Assembly: GCF_009914755.1 (NCBI RefSeq)
Contig: NC_060927.1
Direction: 5' to 3' (one strand)
DNA length: 64,000 nt
Origin: the human T2T-CHM13v2.0 reference genome, Homo sapiens
In this document: positions 21,385 through 36,625 of the stretch, one piece after another
How positions within the stretch are numbered: the stretch's first letter is position 1
Layout: each line of letters begins with the position of its first letter
Program-made: the position numbers and the translations under genes
Notes under the pieces: generated by a model
Seen by the model: the letters and a program-made list of their open reading frames with translations, nothing else
Database searches by the model: none
Told to the model about the DNA's origin: nothing

Positions 21385-21913
21385 CAAACCTATGGAGAAA
21401 AGGAGAATGAGTGAATAACCCACATAAAGGAAATAAATAAATAAAATGAAAGCAAGGCTTTGAATGAGTCAATTACTGCATGCCATGAACTGTGGTCAGG
21501 ATTAATTCAGCCCTCCGCACCTGAGGTCCTACAAGTAAATTTAAAGTAATTTACACGTCAAAAAAAATGTAAAAGCTCTTCCAGAAAGCATCTAATATTA
21601 ATACGTATCAAGACCTTTAAAAATCAATAATCTTTAGTTCAGCAATTCCTCTTCTAAAAATATTTCCTAAAGCAAAAATAAATACATAAATGAAAATATA
21701 TTTACACTTAAATGTATTATCCACTCTGAACTACTTTATAATAGCCAAAAAAAAAAGAAACAATGTCCTATAAATGGAGAGCAATTACTTGTGAATATTT
21801 TTTATACACTATTAAGAACTATGAGAAGAATTGCTTATGATATGCAATACTTATATGGAAAAAAAAGTGGCCAGCGTATAGATGCAAATATAAAGAACGT
21901 CCTCTCCTACACG

Positions 21914-22578
21914 TTTCTTTCTTTCTTTTTTTTTTTTTTTTTTTTTTTTTTTGAGACAAAGTTTCACTCTTGTCGTCTAGGCTGGAGTGCAATGGCACGA
22001 TCTTGGCTCACCACAACCTCACCTCCCGGGTTCAAGCGATTCTTGTCCCTCAGCCGCCCGAGTAGCTAGGATTACAGGTGCATCCCACCACGCCTAGCTA
22101 ATTTTTGTATTTTTAGTAGAGACAGGGTTTCACCATGCTGGTCTCAAACTCCTGACCTCAAATAATCCGCCTGCCTCAGCCTCCCAAAGTGCTGGGATTA
22201 CAGGCATAAGCCACCACACCCAGCCATCCTACACAGTTCATATATACTCACATGCACATAAAAAGACTGAAACGGGCCAGGCAGGGTGGCCTCACGCCTG
22301 TAATCCAAACATTTTGGGAGGCTAAAGCCAGTGGATTGCTTACACCCAGGAGCTCGAGACCAGCCTGGGCAACATGGCAATACCCTGTCTCTACTAAAAA
22401 CACAAAAATGAGCCAGGCATGATGGTACATGCCTGTAGTTTCAGCTACTCCTGAGGCTTAAGTGGGAGGACTACTTGAGCCTGGAAGGCACAGGTTGCAG
22501 TGAGCCAAGATGGCACCACTGCACTCCAGCCTAGGCAACATAGCAAGTTGCTGTCTCAAAAAACAAACAAACAAAAAA
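21914..22578. mobile_element. Head-to-head Alu pair (minus 21914-22225; plus 22274-22578)
   Basis: Alu consensus in both orientations, ~50 bp apart. Confidence 0.92.
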
Positions 22579-22776
22579 GGCTGAAAAGGAATGAAATGCA
22601 CTAGAATGCAATAGTAGCTATGAGTTGTGGATTTCCCTGTTGACTTGTTGTACTTTTCTTTTATCTCTTGGTATTAAATATAAAAAGGGAACACTATTAA
22701 GAATAATCCAGTACTACCAGAACTGGCAGACCAGGACTTATGGTCACCTGCACACTATCATTTAAAAACAAAATGA

Positions 22777-22947
22777 GGCTGGGTGCAGTGGCTCACACCT
22801 GTAATCCCAACACTTCAGGGGGGGCTGAGGTGGGACAATCATTGGAGACCAGCAGTTCCAGGTTACACTGAGCTATGATCGTGCCACTGTACTCCAGCCT
22901 AGGTGACAGAGCCAGGTCCTGTATCTTCCACCCAAAAAAAAAAAAAA
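22777..22947 (+). mobile_element. Alu monomer (FRAM/FAM-like or internally deleted AluJ)
   Basis: Left-arm start joined to right-arm end plus A tail. Confidence 0.7.
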
Positions 22948-24163
22948 GCATTTCCAAGGGGTAATACTGATGATTAACGAACTTACAGATTTTGGTGTTT
23001 AGAGGAACATTTATTGAACTTTAAGGTGTTTTGTCAAAAAAAGTAATGAGGGCATCCCACATATCTAGGTAGGTCTATTAAGAAAAGTTTTTCTGTAATA
23101 TTCCTGAGTGTTACTTGAATAGGAAATTTAAAAAAAAAAATCAAAGGTAATTTAGGGTGTTGGTAGATATTGATTTGTATCACCAATTTTTGCTTGCAAA
23201 ACCAAAAAACCAAATATAACTATACACCAGCATAGCTGTAACATAATCAGTTCATCAATTTCAACACTAGTACCATAATCAATAATTTTTTAAGACCCTA
23301 AGTAGAAACAGCAGATATGTAAAATAAGCTACATGCCTTAGTACTCTTTTCCAAGTACATATGGCTGAACTAACCAACTGAAGTTTTTACAAAGTGAAAT
23401 CATTTCCGAGGTGATGTTAAATTATTGATTAGTAAATTTCATCTGAATTATAAATTCTGATAATTATGTTTTACTTATATTTAACTGTCAAAAGTAGTAG
23501 TAGGTGGAGACTGATGAAAATTCTGTCATTTAACAAGATATATGTTACTGTGCCATTTTCCATGGCTCTATTAATTTTTATTATGGTAGTTAATTATGCT
23601 TAATTTTACTTACTTTACTGGCCTCAAAATCCACAGTACACACCACAACCTCCCTTTTCACACCATCCAAATACCCCTAAGAATGAGGCAAGTATTCATG
23701 GGGCTATCTTAAGAATCAAGTAAGAGGCAATTCTAATCTAATTCATGTAACCAGAGTAAAATTTTGACGCTATTCCTGGTTTTACCACTCTTTTTGACCC
23801 TGCACAATTAACAACCTTCTCACGCCTCATTGTAATTAACTCCTCTGAGACAGGTACTTCAGAGAATAGAGCACAGAACGCGAGTGATAGCTGTGAAAGT
23901 GTTTCTTTAAACAACAGTAAAATAAGGAAAAGTGACAAGATTACAACATTCCTAAAAGGATTTTGAAAATTATTTTTCCAAAAATTTGTCCTGTCTCACT
24001 GTCATTATTCATAAAACTACTTCCAGCAAAATTGTGTTAACAGTAATATAAGTGTTAAATTTTTGTGAGCTGTTCTGTTAACTTCAAGAGCTTTAACAGG
24101 ATTCCTTCAAAACCCTCTTTCATTTGCTCAATTCTCTTCTCAAGCATATTAGACTCCATTAAC

Positions 24164-24219
24164 AGCCAATCATGTAAGCTGAGCTGCAAGTGACCCGAGA
24201 GTTGCCATAGCAACAGCTG
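24164..24219. promoter_or_regulatory. Candidate cis-module: CCAAT box (24164-24172), RFX X-box (24201-24214), E-box (24214-24219)
   Basis: AGCCAATCA; GTTGCCATAGCAAC (13/14 match to palindromic GTTGCCATGGCAAC); CAGCTG; set in repeat-free sequence. Confidence 0.6.
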
Positions 24220-24632
24220 CTTTCTGAAATACGTGTTATGCATTTTAAAAGCTTTCACAGAGAGGATACCACATTTATCAATTAACAACCAAAGCTCAAC
24301 ACAGCACATTATCCAAATGAAACGGAAAACTCAACTACCTTAAAGGGCAACTACTTCGTAATAAAAGGAATGTCTGGTATTCTTGACCCAAAATGCTATC
24401 ATGGTTTGTAAATTACTAAATGAAGTCTATAATTAATGACAGAATAGTTGAATACCATGTTTAGTAACGTGCAAAACTGATACAGTAAAGGAGAAGAATA
24501 ATCAGGACTAAAATTTAGCAATGGGCCATCAAGGGTAATGAATGAACATATGCTATAATATACTAGAAAAATTGTCATGAAATCTTACTAATGAAAAGGT
24601 TGGTCCAAATGTGGTATACTGAATTTTTTTTT

Positions 24633-24760
24633 GGCTGGGCATGATAGTTCATATCTGTAATCCCAGAACTTTGGAAGGCCAACTCAGGAGAACTGCTTAA
24701 GGCCAGGAGTTTCAGAACAGCCTGCACAACAAAGCAAAACCCCATCTCTATAAAATTTTT
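24633..24760 (+). mobile_element. FLAM / Alu left monomer
   Basis: Left-arm consensus only. Confidence 0.8.
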
Positions 24761-25422
24761 TAAATTTTTAAAAATTAATGTTTTTCAACATACATGCAGC
24801 ATGTGCGTGTGCGCATGTGTGTCTGTATACATACTTCACAGATACATGACAAATGTGGAGGCAAACAGAAAAGACATTCTACTATTTTCAGGAAAAATCA
24901 TTCTTTTGGCAATTCATTGGCGATAGATGTCTCTTCCTATAAAACTCTTTCTCATAGAGAGATGTACAGCTACCCAGGGTTTACCAGTAAAGTCATTTCC
25001 ACAGTGTGCAATTCTGCAACTAAGAAAATTCAAAAACTTGTCTCTGCAAAATAACATCAAAGCTGTTACTTTTAACGTATGGCCCACAATTGAAGAAAAA
25101 AGATAATAAAATTTAGCAATCTTAAAAAATGAATTTCTAAAACTATATTCAAACAATTAATTCAAGTGAATAAGCAGAATGTTCAAAAAGTACTACTCAG
25201 GATGTTTTTCACGAGAAAAAAAACTACAAATAGGATAATTAGACAAAACATACTGAAAACACTAATGATTATACTGTAACACTCAAATACAGGAAAGGAA
25301 AATACGTTGGGTAACATACTCTAAAGAGAGACTTTAAATTAATGTGATAGAAAATCCTGTTTCATACACATTCTAAGTTTCCTACAACTTCAAAGGGAGA
25401 ATTTTTTTTAAACCTGGGGACT

Positions 25423-25730
25423 GGCGAGGCATGGTGACTCACACCTGTAATCCCAGCACTTTGGGAGGCTAAGGTGGGAGAATCACTTGAGCCCAGCAGT
25501 TTGAGACCAGTCTGGACACATGATGAGACCCAATCTCTAAAAAAAAAATAAAAAATTAGCCAGGTATAGTGGTACACGCCTGTAGTCCCAGCTACTCAGG
25601 AGGCTGAAGTGGGAGGACTGCTTGAGCCTGGGAGTTCAAGGCTGAAGTAAGCCATGATTGTGTCACTGCACTCCAGCCTGGGCAACAAGCGAGACCCTGT
25701 CTCAAGAAGGAAACAAAAATAAAAATAAAA
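25423..25730 (+). mobile_element. AluJ
   Basis: TSD aaacctggggact. Confidence 0.92.
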
Positions 25731-26051
25731 CCTGGGGACTACTGTTAACTATTAAAGCAGAAATTCAGAAAATAATGTATAACAAGGATGAAAAAGGTAA
25801 ATTGTTTTAATGACTAAGTGAACAGGCTAGCAACAAACCACCATAGCAATGCCTAGGTATGGCCCCAAATATCTTAGAATAACTCTAGAAGGCCTAATGT
25901 TTGAAGTATTGTTGTATTCATAAAGTATTTATTAATCTCCCAACTAACTCCTGTGTCCTAAATATTATTCCACCTCTAGATGGTAGAAAATATAGTACAT
26001 TTCTATCAATATGAAAATCTCACCCTTTACTTCAACTCTGTATTCTTTATA

Positions 26052-26423
26052 AAGGTTGAACATTCCTAACCCAAAAATCCAAAATTCAAAGTGCTTCAAA
26101 ATCCAAAACTTTTTGAGAGCCTATATGATGTCATAAGCGGAAATGTCTACACCTGACCTTAGGTCGTGGGTTGCAGTCAAAACAAAGGTGCACAACAGTT
26201 TATTCAGTGTCAACAAGGGAAAAATAATACTGCCTTCAGGCTATGTGTATAAAATATGTATACACATACGAAATATAAATAAATGTTGCGTTTAGACTTG
26301 GGTTCCATCCCCAAGATATCTCATTATGTATATGCAAATATTCCAAAACCCCCCCAACCAAAAAAAATCCAAAATCCAAAACACTTCTGGTCCCCAAGCA
26401 TTTTACATAAGGGAGACTCAACA
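26052..26423. mobile_element. Tigger4/Zombi (MER46-like) DNA transposon
   Basis: Terminal inverted repeats ggttgaacattcct / agggagactcaac; aaaatccaaaa repeats; cacttctggtccccaagcattt. Confidence 0.8.
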
Positions 26424-26499
26424 AACTCTGAACAAAATCAAATACTGAATTCAAATCCAAGCAAAATGAATTCAAAATCCAAGCACAATATTAATACTA

Positions 26500-26720
26500 C
26501 TAATAGCTGTTGTCTCTTAAGCACTTGTAAGCAACTAACATGCATTAATTCATGAGATCTTCACAGTATCCCTGTGAGGCAGGTATTATCATCCCCATTT
26601 TACACAAGGCACAGAAAAATTAAGTAACTTGCTCAAAGTCACACAGCCAGCAAGTTGTGGAACCAATGATCTAACTCAGATAGTCTGACTCTGTATCCCA
26701 CACCCTTAACTATTATCCAC
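26500..26720 (-). mobile_element. MIR
   Basis: ccctgtgaggcaggtattatcatccccattttac...aagtaacttgctcaaagtcacacagc. Confidence 0.8.
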
Positions 26721-26869
26721 AAAGCAAATGTAAGTAAATATGGTTTGCAACCTACTATCCTTCATCCTAATAAGCTGACGTTTCTCTAATCACCTCACAC
26801 CTTTTCTCTCCTTAGTTCAGCTAACTGAGTCTTAGCTAGGCCAATTTTCCAGTTTACTAATTCCAGTAA

Positions 26870-27480
<611 letters not shown>

Positions 27481-27505
27481 TTAGATTCTTTTAAAAATAA
27501 AATCA

Positions 27506-27838
<333 letters not shown>

Positions 27839-27979
27839 TCAAGTGGGTTGAAAATAAATAAACCTACACAGCCTATACAAAAACTGTGTAAGAGGATAAA
27901 AAAGCTGTTTGTTTTTTTAAAAAGGATATATATGTATGGATGAGTATAGTTATGATGATGATGTTGACAAACAGCAGTT

Positions 27980-28220
27980 ATCAAATGCTTAATATAAGCC
28001 AGGAACTGTCCTAAGAACTTTCTTTATATGCCCTTAACATTTAACTCTCACAACAACCCTATGAAGTAGATATTACTATTCCTACTTTAGAATAAGCAAA
28101 TAGGTACAAAGAAATGAGGCAATTTGCTCAAGAGCACATAGATTATAAGTGGCAGAATTTAATAAGTGAGATAGAAACCTGACAGTTTGATCAGAGATAG
28201 ATTCACTCTTAACCATGACC
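27980..28220 (-). mobile_element. MIR
   Basis: tcacaacaaccctatgaagtagatattact...ttgctcaag. Confidence 0.7.
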
Positions 28221-29254
28221 CAATCAGTTAGCACCAGAGATAAGGGGAATGAAAGATTTTACAGGTAGGCTTCAGACAAGCAATCATGTTTTCATCATTC
28301 CTAAAAATAAGCATGGCTCCTCATGTAGATATAGCAAAAATAAACTCTTAGAAAAACTGGAAAACACCAAAATGTAACACTAACTTAGGACTGTTAAGTA
28401 AACTATAAGGTTTCCAATTGAACACGGTGGACTGAGCATACAAATGTACTCTTTGTTCCACCCTTGATCTTCAGGTAACAACAGAAAGCTGTTTTATTTT
28501 GTTTTTAAACTCAGAAATCAAATCATAAACATATGGAAGGAAAAAAACTCCACTCTCAGATCAGAAAATGTGGGTGATACCTAGAAAATATAAAACAACC
28601 GAGATCCAACTAAGAAAAAGTAAGCAAAGGAAACTGCAGCAAAGATAGTGGTTTAGGTCTTCCCAAAGGAGATAAAGAGAGGATCCAAGCTTAAAATGCA
28701 AAGAGCAGGGGTTAGGGGTGGGATATCATCAATTTTATCATGTAAAATTTGCATTCCAAATGACTTAGCCAACTAGGCCTCTCCTCCTCTTCTTGCTTAA
28801 AGAGTTGACAGCAAGGCTGTCAGCTTCAGGATTAAGCCCAGGTACTGGTCTAAAGTATTCTTCAAACTATGGGGTTTCAAACAGTTTGGTGGGTTACTAG
28901 TAATTTTTAATGATCTGGAATGCATATAACAGAAAATACAAAGTGAAGCTATGTCCTATTTCACGGAATTTTTCTTTAGTTATAGATTTACAAGTTAATA
29001 TACATGTGTGTACTAAATTGCAATGTAAAATGTATTTTGAACTATGGAACATAGTGCATAAAAGTTTGGAAGCTACTGCTCTAAACAAAATGGGCAGGTC
29101 TGTGAAGAGCTCTTGAGGTAGATGTTGAGACCTAAAAGTAAACAAGGGCAGCTCTTCAGACACTAAAGCATTCCACTCCCAAAATAAGGCATGATTATTT
29201 TAGCAATTGGGGGTACCTAGAAGCCTGCCACCTAGTCAACCATATACCTTAGAG

Positions 29255-29454
29255 CACTGTTTCTCAACCTTTCTTCCTATTACTAACACCAATGGAGCTT
29301 TTTTAGATGGTTATTCCCTAATCACTCCCTCCATGAAAAGTTTAGAACCACAGATATACTATACATTTGTGTATTGTATGTATATCTGTGCTTTACACAC
29401 AAAAAGAGCAACTTTTTTTTTTGCCCCCAAAACCAATTTTTTGAGAAACGCATG
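29255..29454 (-). mobile_element. MER96B-like hAT MITE
   Basis: Ends gtttctcaa / ttgagaaacgcatg; ttgcccccaaaaccaatttt. Confidence 0.55.
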
Positions 29455-29659
29455 CCTTTGAGAAGGCATTAAAGACTACCACATGCCACAGCCAAGAGAA
29501 AGACCTGTGGATGAAATAAACCTGCAACAGAGAATCTCATTCCAGTTACTTAAACAGACCAACTTAATCCTCCTTTCATGAATATGGATGGGCAACCAAG
29601 AACCATCAAACCTGAGGAAAAAGAAAAGATATTTTTTTAAAAACTAACAAAAGTATCTA

Positions 29660-31150
<1,491 letters not shown>

Positions 31151-31254
31151 TATAAGAACTCAGAACTGTAACACTAGTTTTGCAGATCATAAATGTTAAG
31201 CACAGAGAGTAAGTAACTTGCTAAAGATCACATGATGAATAACTGTTTGATACG

Positions 31255-31555
<301 letters not shown>

Positions 31556-31985
31556 CCTGTTTGATGCTAGGATTCAACTCCAAGTAGTGTGGCTTGTGCT
31601 CTTAAATGAAGAAGACAATATAAGCAACAAGGAACAGAGACAGCTGAGCATCTAGAAAGAAAACTGAACCTGGCAAAGCTGAGATACATGGAATTATATT
31701 CCACCTATATAGTTTCAACCAAACCACTCACTTCTGGACTAAGTTATATTTATGTAATTATAGCAAATAAAATTACTGATTTTCAATTTTTAAAATCAAT
31801 TTTTACTCAATAGGCGGTCTAAATAATATATACAACTAAGTATAAACATAAGCTTTAACAAGGTAAAAATAACATCACCAGTAAACAAAAATTTAAAAAT
31901 GGAGGAGAAAAGGTAAAAGAATGTTAGATATACTAATTCCCTTATCTTTCAGAACACACATGATAATAACAGACACTATCTAAAG

Positions 31986-32113
31986 TTGGATGTGGTGACT
32001 CACACCTATAATTCCAGCATTCTGGGTGGCAGAGGCAGGAGGATGACTTGAGTCTAGGAGTTCATGTCGAGCCTAGACAACATAGCAAAACCCCATCTCT
32101 TAACAAAAAAGAA

Positions 32114-32143
<30 letters not shown>
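31986..32143 (+). mobile_element. FLAM with (GATA)n(GACA)n tail
   Basis: Left monomer followed by a tetranucleotide repeat. Confidence 0.75.
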
Positions 32144-32144
<1 letters not shown>

Positions 32145-32273
32145 AAATGAAATAATGATATCAGTGAGATTATGACATAGGTATGATTATGAACATATGA
32201 AAATGGTTTTCTTAGAGTTTGGAGAAGGGGTGGATTGTTTATTTTTCATTTTGTGCATTTCTGTGTTTTTGTG

Positions 32274-32513
32274 GTGCCATCTTGGCTCACTGCAACCTCC
32301 GCCTCCCAAGCTCCAGTGATTCCCCTGCCGCAGCCTCCCAGTAGCTGGAGTTACAGGCACATGCCACCACGCCCAGCTAAGTTTTATATTTTTAGTAGAG
32401 ACAGGGTTTCACCATGTTGGCCAGGGTGGTCTCAAACTCCTGATCTCAAGTGATCTGCCCGCCTTGGCCTCCTGAAGTGCTGGGATTACAGGTGTGAGCT
32501 ACTGCCCCTGGCC
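32274..32513 (-). mobile_element. AluS, partial
   Basis: Reverse Alu. Confidence 0.9.
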
Positions 32514-32587
32514 CCATTTCTGTGTTTTTTAAACCATAAGAATGAATGATAATGTCTTTAAATACTTATTTTTTAAAAACCACCTGG

Positions 32588-33602
32588 TTGTGTGTCAGTT
32601 CAGGTTCTCTAGAAAGTAGACCTGGCCGGGCATGGTGGCTCATGCCTGTAATCCCAGCACTTTGGGAAGCTGAGGCAGGCGGATTGCTTGAGGCCAGGAG
32701 GTAAGACCATCCTGGCCAACTGGTAGAGAATAGTAGATAACTGGCCAATTGGTTCTCTTTAGTAGAGAACAAAACTCTGTCTCTTCTAAAATTACAAAAA
32801 TTAGCCAAGCATGGTGGCATGTGCCTGTAATCCCAGCTATGTCGAGAGGCTGAAGCACAAGAATTGCTTGAACCCAGAATATGGAGGTTGCAATGAGGCG
32901 AGATCATGCCACAATGCATTCTAGCCGAGGCAACAGAGTGAGACTGTCTCAAATATATATATATATAAAACACATTATATATTATACATAATATATATTA
33001 TACATGATATATAATATATATTATACATGACATATATATTATACATGATATATACCATATATTATACATGATATATATTATACATAATATATTATACATA
33101 ATATATAAAATATATATTATGTATAATATATATAAAATATATAACATTTATATATTATATTTATATTTATATATCTATAAAAAAATAAAGTAGGCCCAAG
33201 ATGGAGTTAAAACTTTAAGAAACATTTTGTGAGAAATGCCTACGAAGAATGAAAGGAGAAAGCAAGAGGAGTAAGCATAGAGAAAGCCTTCAGGCTGCAA
33301 TGCAGGCTGCCAACTGTGAAAGCAGAGGAGGAAGGAGGGGAAATCAGGAAAGGACACGGAACAGTACAGTTCTGATCTGCCAGCCCAGCAGAGAACTCGA
33401 GAGAAGCCCCATGTTGAGCAGAAATGGTCAGACCGTAGTATCTACTGGGATCAGTCACTGGGAGGGAGCTGCCTGAGGAGAATGTGGCTCAATGATGTAG
33501 CCAATCCCAAAGGCTCTGCAGCTGGAAGCTATCAGCTAACACTCCTCAATAGAGACTTCCTTCAAGGGAGATCGAAGCAAAACACTTCCAGAACTATCAC
33601 AG
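32588..33602 (-). mobile_element. LTR16/LTR33-like ERVL LTR interrupted by an Alu (32624-32955) and an AT-rich repeat
   Basis: gaaagccttcaggctgcaatgcagg..ctgtgaaag..gagcagaaatgg..tcagtcactggg..gagctgcc. Confidence 0.6.
32951..33180. repeat. AT-rich minisatellite (tatattatacat[g]ata)n in an Alu tail
   Basis: Visible degenerate tandem units. Confidence 0.9.
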
Positions 33603-34066
33603 ATGTCAAAGGATGGAATATGATGCAGCCATTAAAAATATTAGAGGTCAGTAATTTTCCAACTATGCTTGCTTTCTACATGATGCCCTATACTTCTTCA
33701 GTGGTACCTCCAAGGCAGAATGTTCAGACTGGTGAAGAAAGCCAAATACTGAGGTTTTCTATTACAATCCCTCCTTCAACCGCAACAGCTCTAGTTTTGT
33801 TGTATTTACTCCATTTCTCTGTAAGATCTGTTTGAACAAAAAGTTGCAATGCTAGTAACAGTTGTAGTATTACCTCTGTCACAAAAAGGAACTTCCAATT
33901 GAAAAAGGCAACACACTGTATTTAGAATCCACTTGCCTGCTTCTAACACACAAAAAACGCTGAAAAGATCAACACGGAAATGTTAACAGTGGTTACCCTA
34001 TTGGGTGGTGAAATTAATAACATTAATGGTCGTTGTTGTTTTTTGTTGTTGTTTTTGCTTACTTGA

Positions 34067-34372
<306 letters not shown>

Positions 34373-35217
34373 AAGACATATTTTCTATACATTTTACAAC
34401 TGACATTACAAGACTTCGGTGATAAAAATAAAAAGACGCCATTTCAAAATTTTGTGTTTAAAAAACAAAGCTCTAATCTAACAAACTGACTTCTCACAAC
34501 TTCAGAGCTATATTGCTGCAGAAAATAATGTGGCTTTCTATTAACTAGTAGGAAAAACCGTATTTACAAGGTATAACATTTACTTCAAAGACTACTCATT
34601 TGATATATGAATTTACTCCATATACCATAATAGTTAAAGAATATTCAACTAATTATGTGCTACTAATTGGTAACACACAAATAACTAAAATATATCACAT
34701 AGTTTTCAGGAAATTTTCAATGACTCCAATATATAAATTCCAGGACCTGGCACAGTGGCTCACACCTGTAATCCCAACACTTTGGGAGGCCAAGCCAGGA
34801 GGACTGCTTGAGCCCAGGAGTCTACAGTCAAGTTATTCACTAATCATTTTGATATTATAGAATCATCCAATATTAGCAGCAATGCCTGTGGTAAAAAGCA
34901 CATAGGTATATGTAACTGCCTTTGTTTTCCCAACCCTATAGCCAAGAAAGTTTCCAGTATTCCCATTTAACAAATGCAGAATGTGATGTATGAAGCCAAG
35001 GTCACAAGTGACAATGCCATGGAAAAACAGTGATTCATAATTAAGTGATTTTAAAACTACACTGGTAGAGCTCCTGTAGAACTCATGCATTTCCAACAAG
35101 ACCCTAATTTAATTTACCACAAAGAAAGTACAATCATTTTATAAGAAAAGAACCAAAAAAACTAGTATTTTTCATTTTGGTTTTATACCTTTTTTGGGGG
35201 GTGGGTGGAGCAGAGAA

Positions 35218-36012
35218 GGACAGAATCTCACTCTGTCGCCCAGGCTGGAGTGCAGTGGCACAATCTCAGCTCACTGCAACCTCTACTGGGTTCAAGCGAT
35301 TCCTGTGCCTCAGCCTCCTGAAGAGTAGGGATTACAGGCAGCATTCCCAGCTTATTTTTTGTATTTTTAGTAGAGCCAAGGTTTCGCTATGTTGGCAGGG
35401 GCTGGTCTCTAATTCCTGACCTCAAGTGATCCGCTTGCTTCAGCCTCCCAAAGTGCTGGGATTACAGGTCTGAGCCACCATGCCCGGACTTGTTTTTTCT
35501 TTTTAATCAACTTATATTTTCAAGTAAAATCATCTATATTAACACATGTTGAAATACATGTTAGCTGACACCACCTGAGATTTCAATAATGGATGTATTT
35601 TCCAGATGTTGGTGGAATTTTGTTTTCTTTTTGTTTTGCATCTGTATATGCCAGAAATTACTCAAAAGTGAAGAGGCTCTTAATATTTTAATGAGATTTT
35701 CTCTTTAAAAGGAAAGTACCGGCCGGGTGTGGTGACTCACGCCTGTAATCCCAGCACTTTGGGAGGCCGAGGCGGGCAGATCACTTGAGGTCAAGACTTC
35801 AAGACCAGCCTGGCCAAAATGGTGAAACCTCGTCTCTACTAAAAATACAAAAATTAGCTGGGCATGGTGGCGCAGCCTGTAATCCCAACTACTCGAGAGG
35901 CTAGCACAGGAGAATCGCTTGAAATCAGGAGGTGGAGGCTGCAGTGAGCCAAGACTGCGCCACCATACTCCACCCTGGGCAACAGAGCGAGACACCATCT
36001 CAAAAATAAAAA
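35218..36012. mobile_element. Alu minus (35218-35488) and Alu plus (35721-36012)
   Basis: Alu consensus in both orientations. Confidence 0.9.
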
Positions 36013-36331
36013 GAAAGCACACACACACACAAAAAATCATACGTGCCATATAGCTTGCATTTTTTTCTCTTCTAGATGCTTTGTATACCTATGACAGGCA
36101 GTATTCTCATACTCTATTTGGGTCTCAATGGAGCCTATCATCTTCACAAATACAGAGGAATAGGAAGAAAAGGCTAAAAGTTACTAGTGTAGGAATGCGA
36201 GATTATCTCTAGATAATGCCTTTGATAGTACTAATAAAAATGTAGAAGTAAACTGAAAAGAAAAGGTTCTAAAAACAGGACTCTTGAAGAAGGAGTTTAA
36301 TGAAAAAGCAATGTATTACACTGGCAAACAG

Positions 36332-36625
36332 GGACCTGGTGCAGTGGCACACACCTGTAATCCCAGCACTGTGGGAGGTAGGTGGATGACTTGAGCCCAG
36401 AAGTTCGACACTAGCCTGGGCAACATGGTGAAACCCCATTTCTACAAACATTAGCTGGGCATGGTGGTGTGCACCTGTAGTTCGTGTTATTTTGCAGGCT
36501 GAGGTGGGCAGATCACTTGAGCCCAGGACGCCGAGGCTGCAGTGAGCCAAGATGGCATTACTGAACTGGGTGACAGAATGAGACCATTACCTTGAAGAAA
36601 AAAAAGAGAAAGAAAAAGAAAAAAA
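36332..36625 (+). mobile_element. AluJ
   Basis: Alu consensus. Confidence 0.88.

Noticed and set aside
24794-24830. Alternating purine-pyrimidine run with an NRF1-like tgcgcatgtg
   Set aside because: Short, imperfect, and looks like a degenerate (TG)n microsatellite.
32951-33180. Periodic AT-rich array, considered as CRISPR-like (similar one at 42594-42690)
   Set aside because: No unique spacers; a degenerate TA minisatellite in eukaryotic DNA.
34600-34860. 86-aa ORF in partly unique sequence
   Set aside because: Non-ATG start, C-terminal part is Alu-derived, no domain or splice support.
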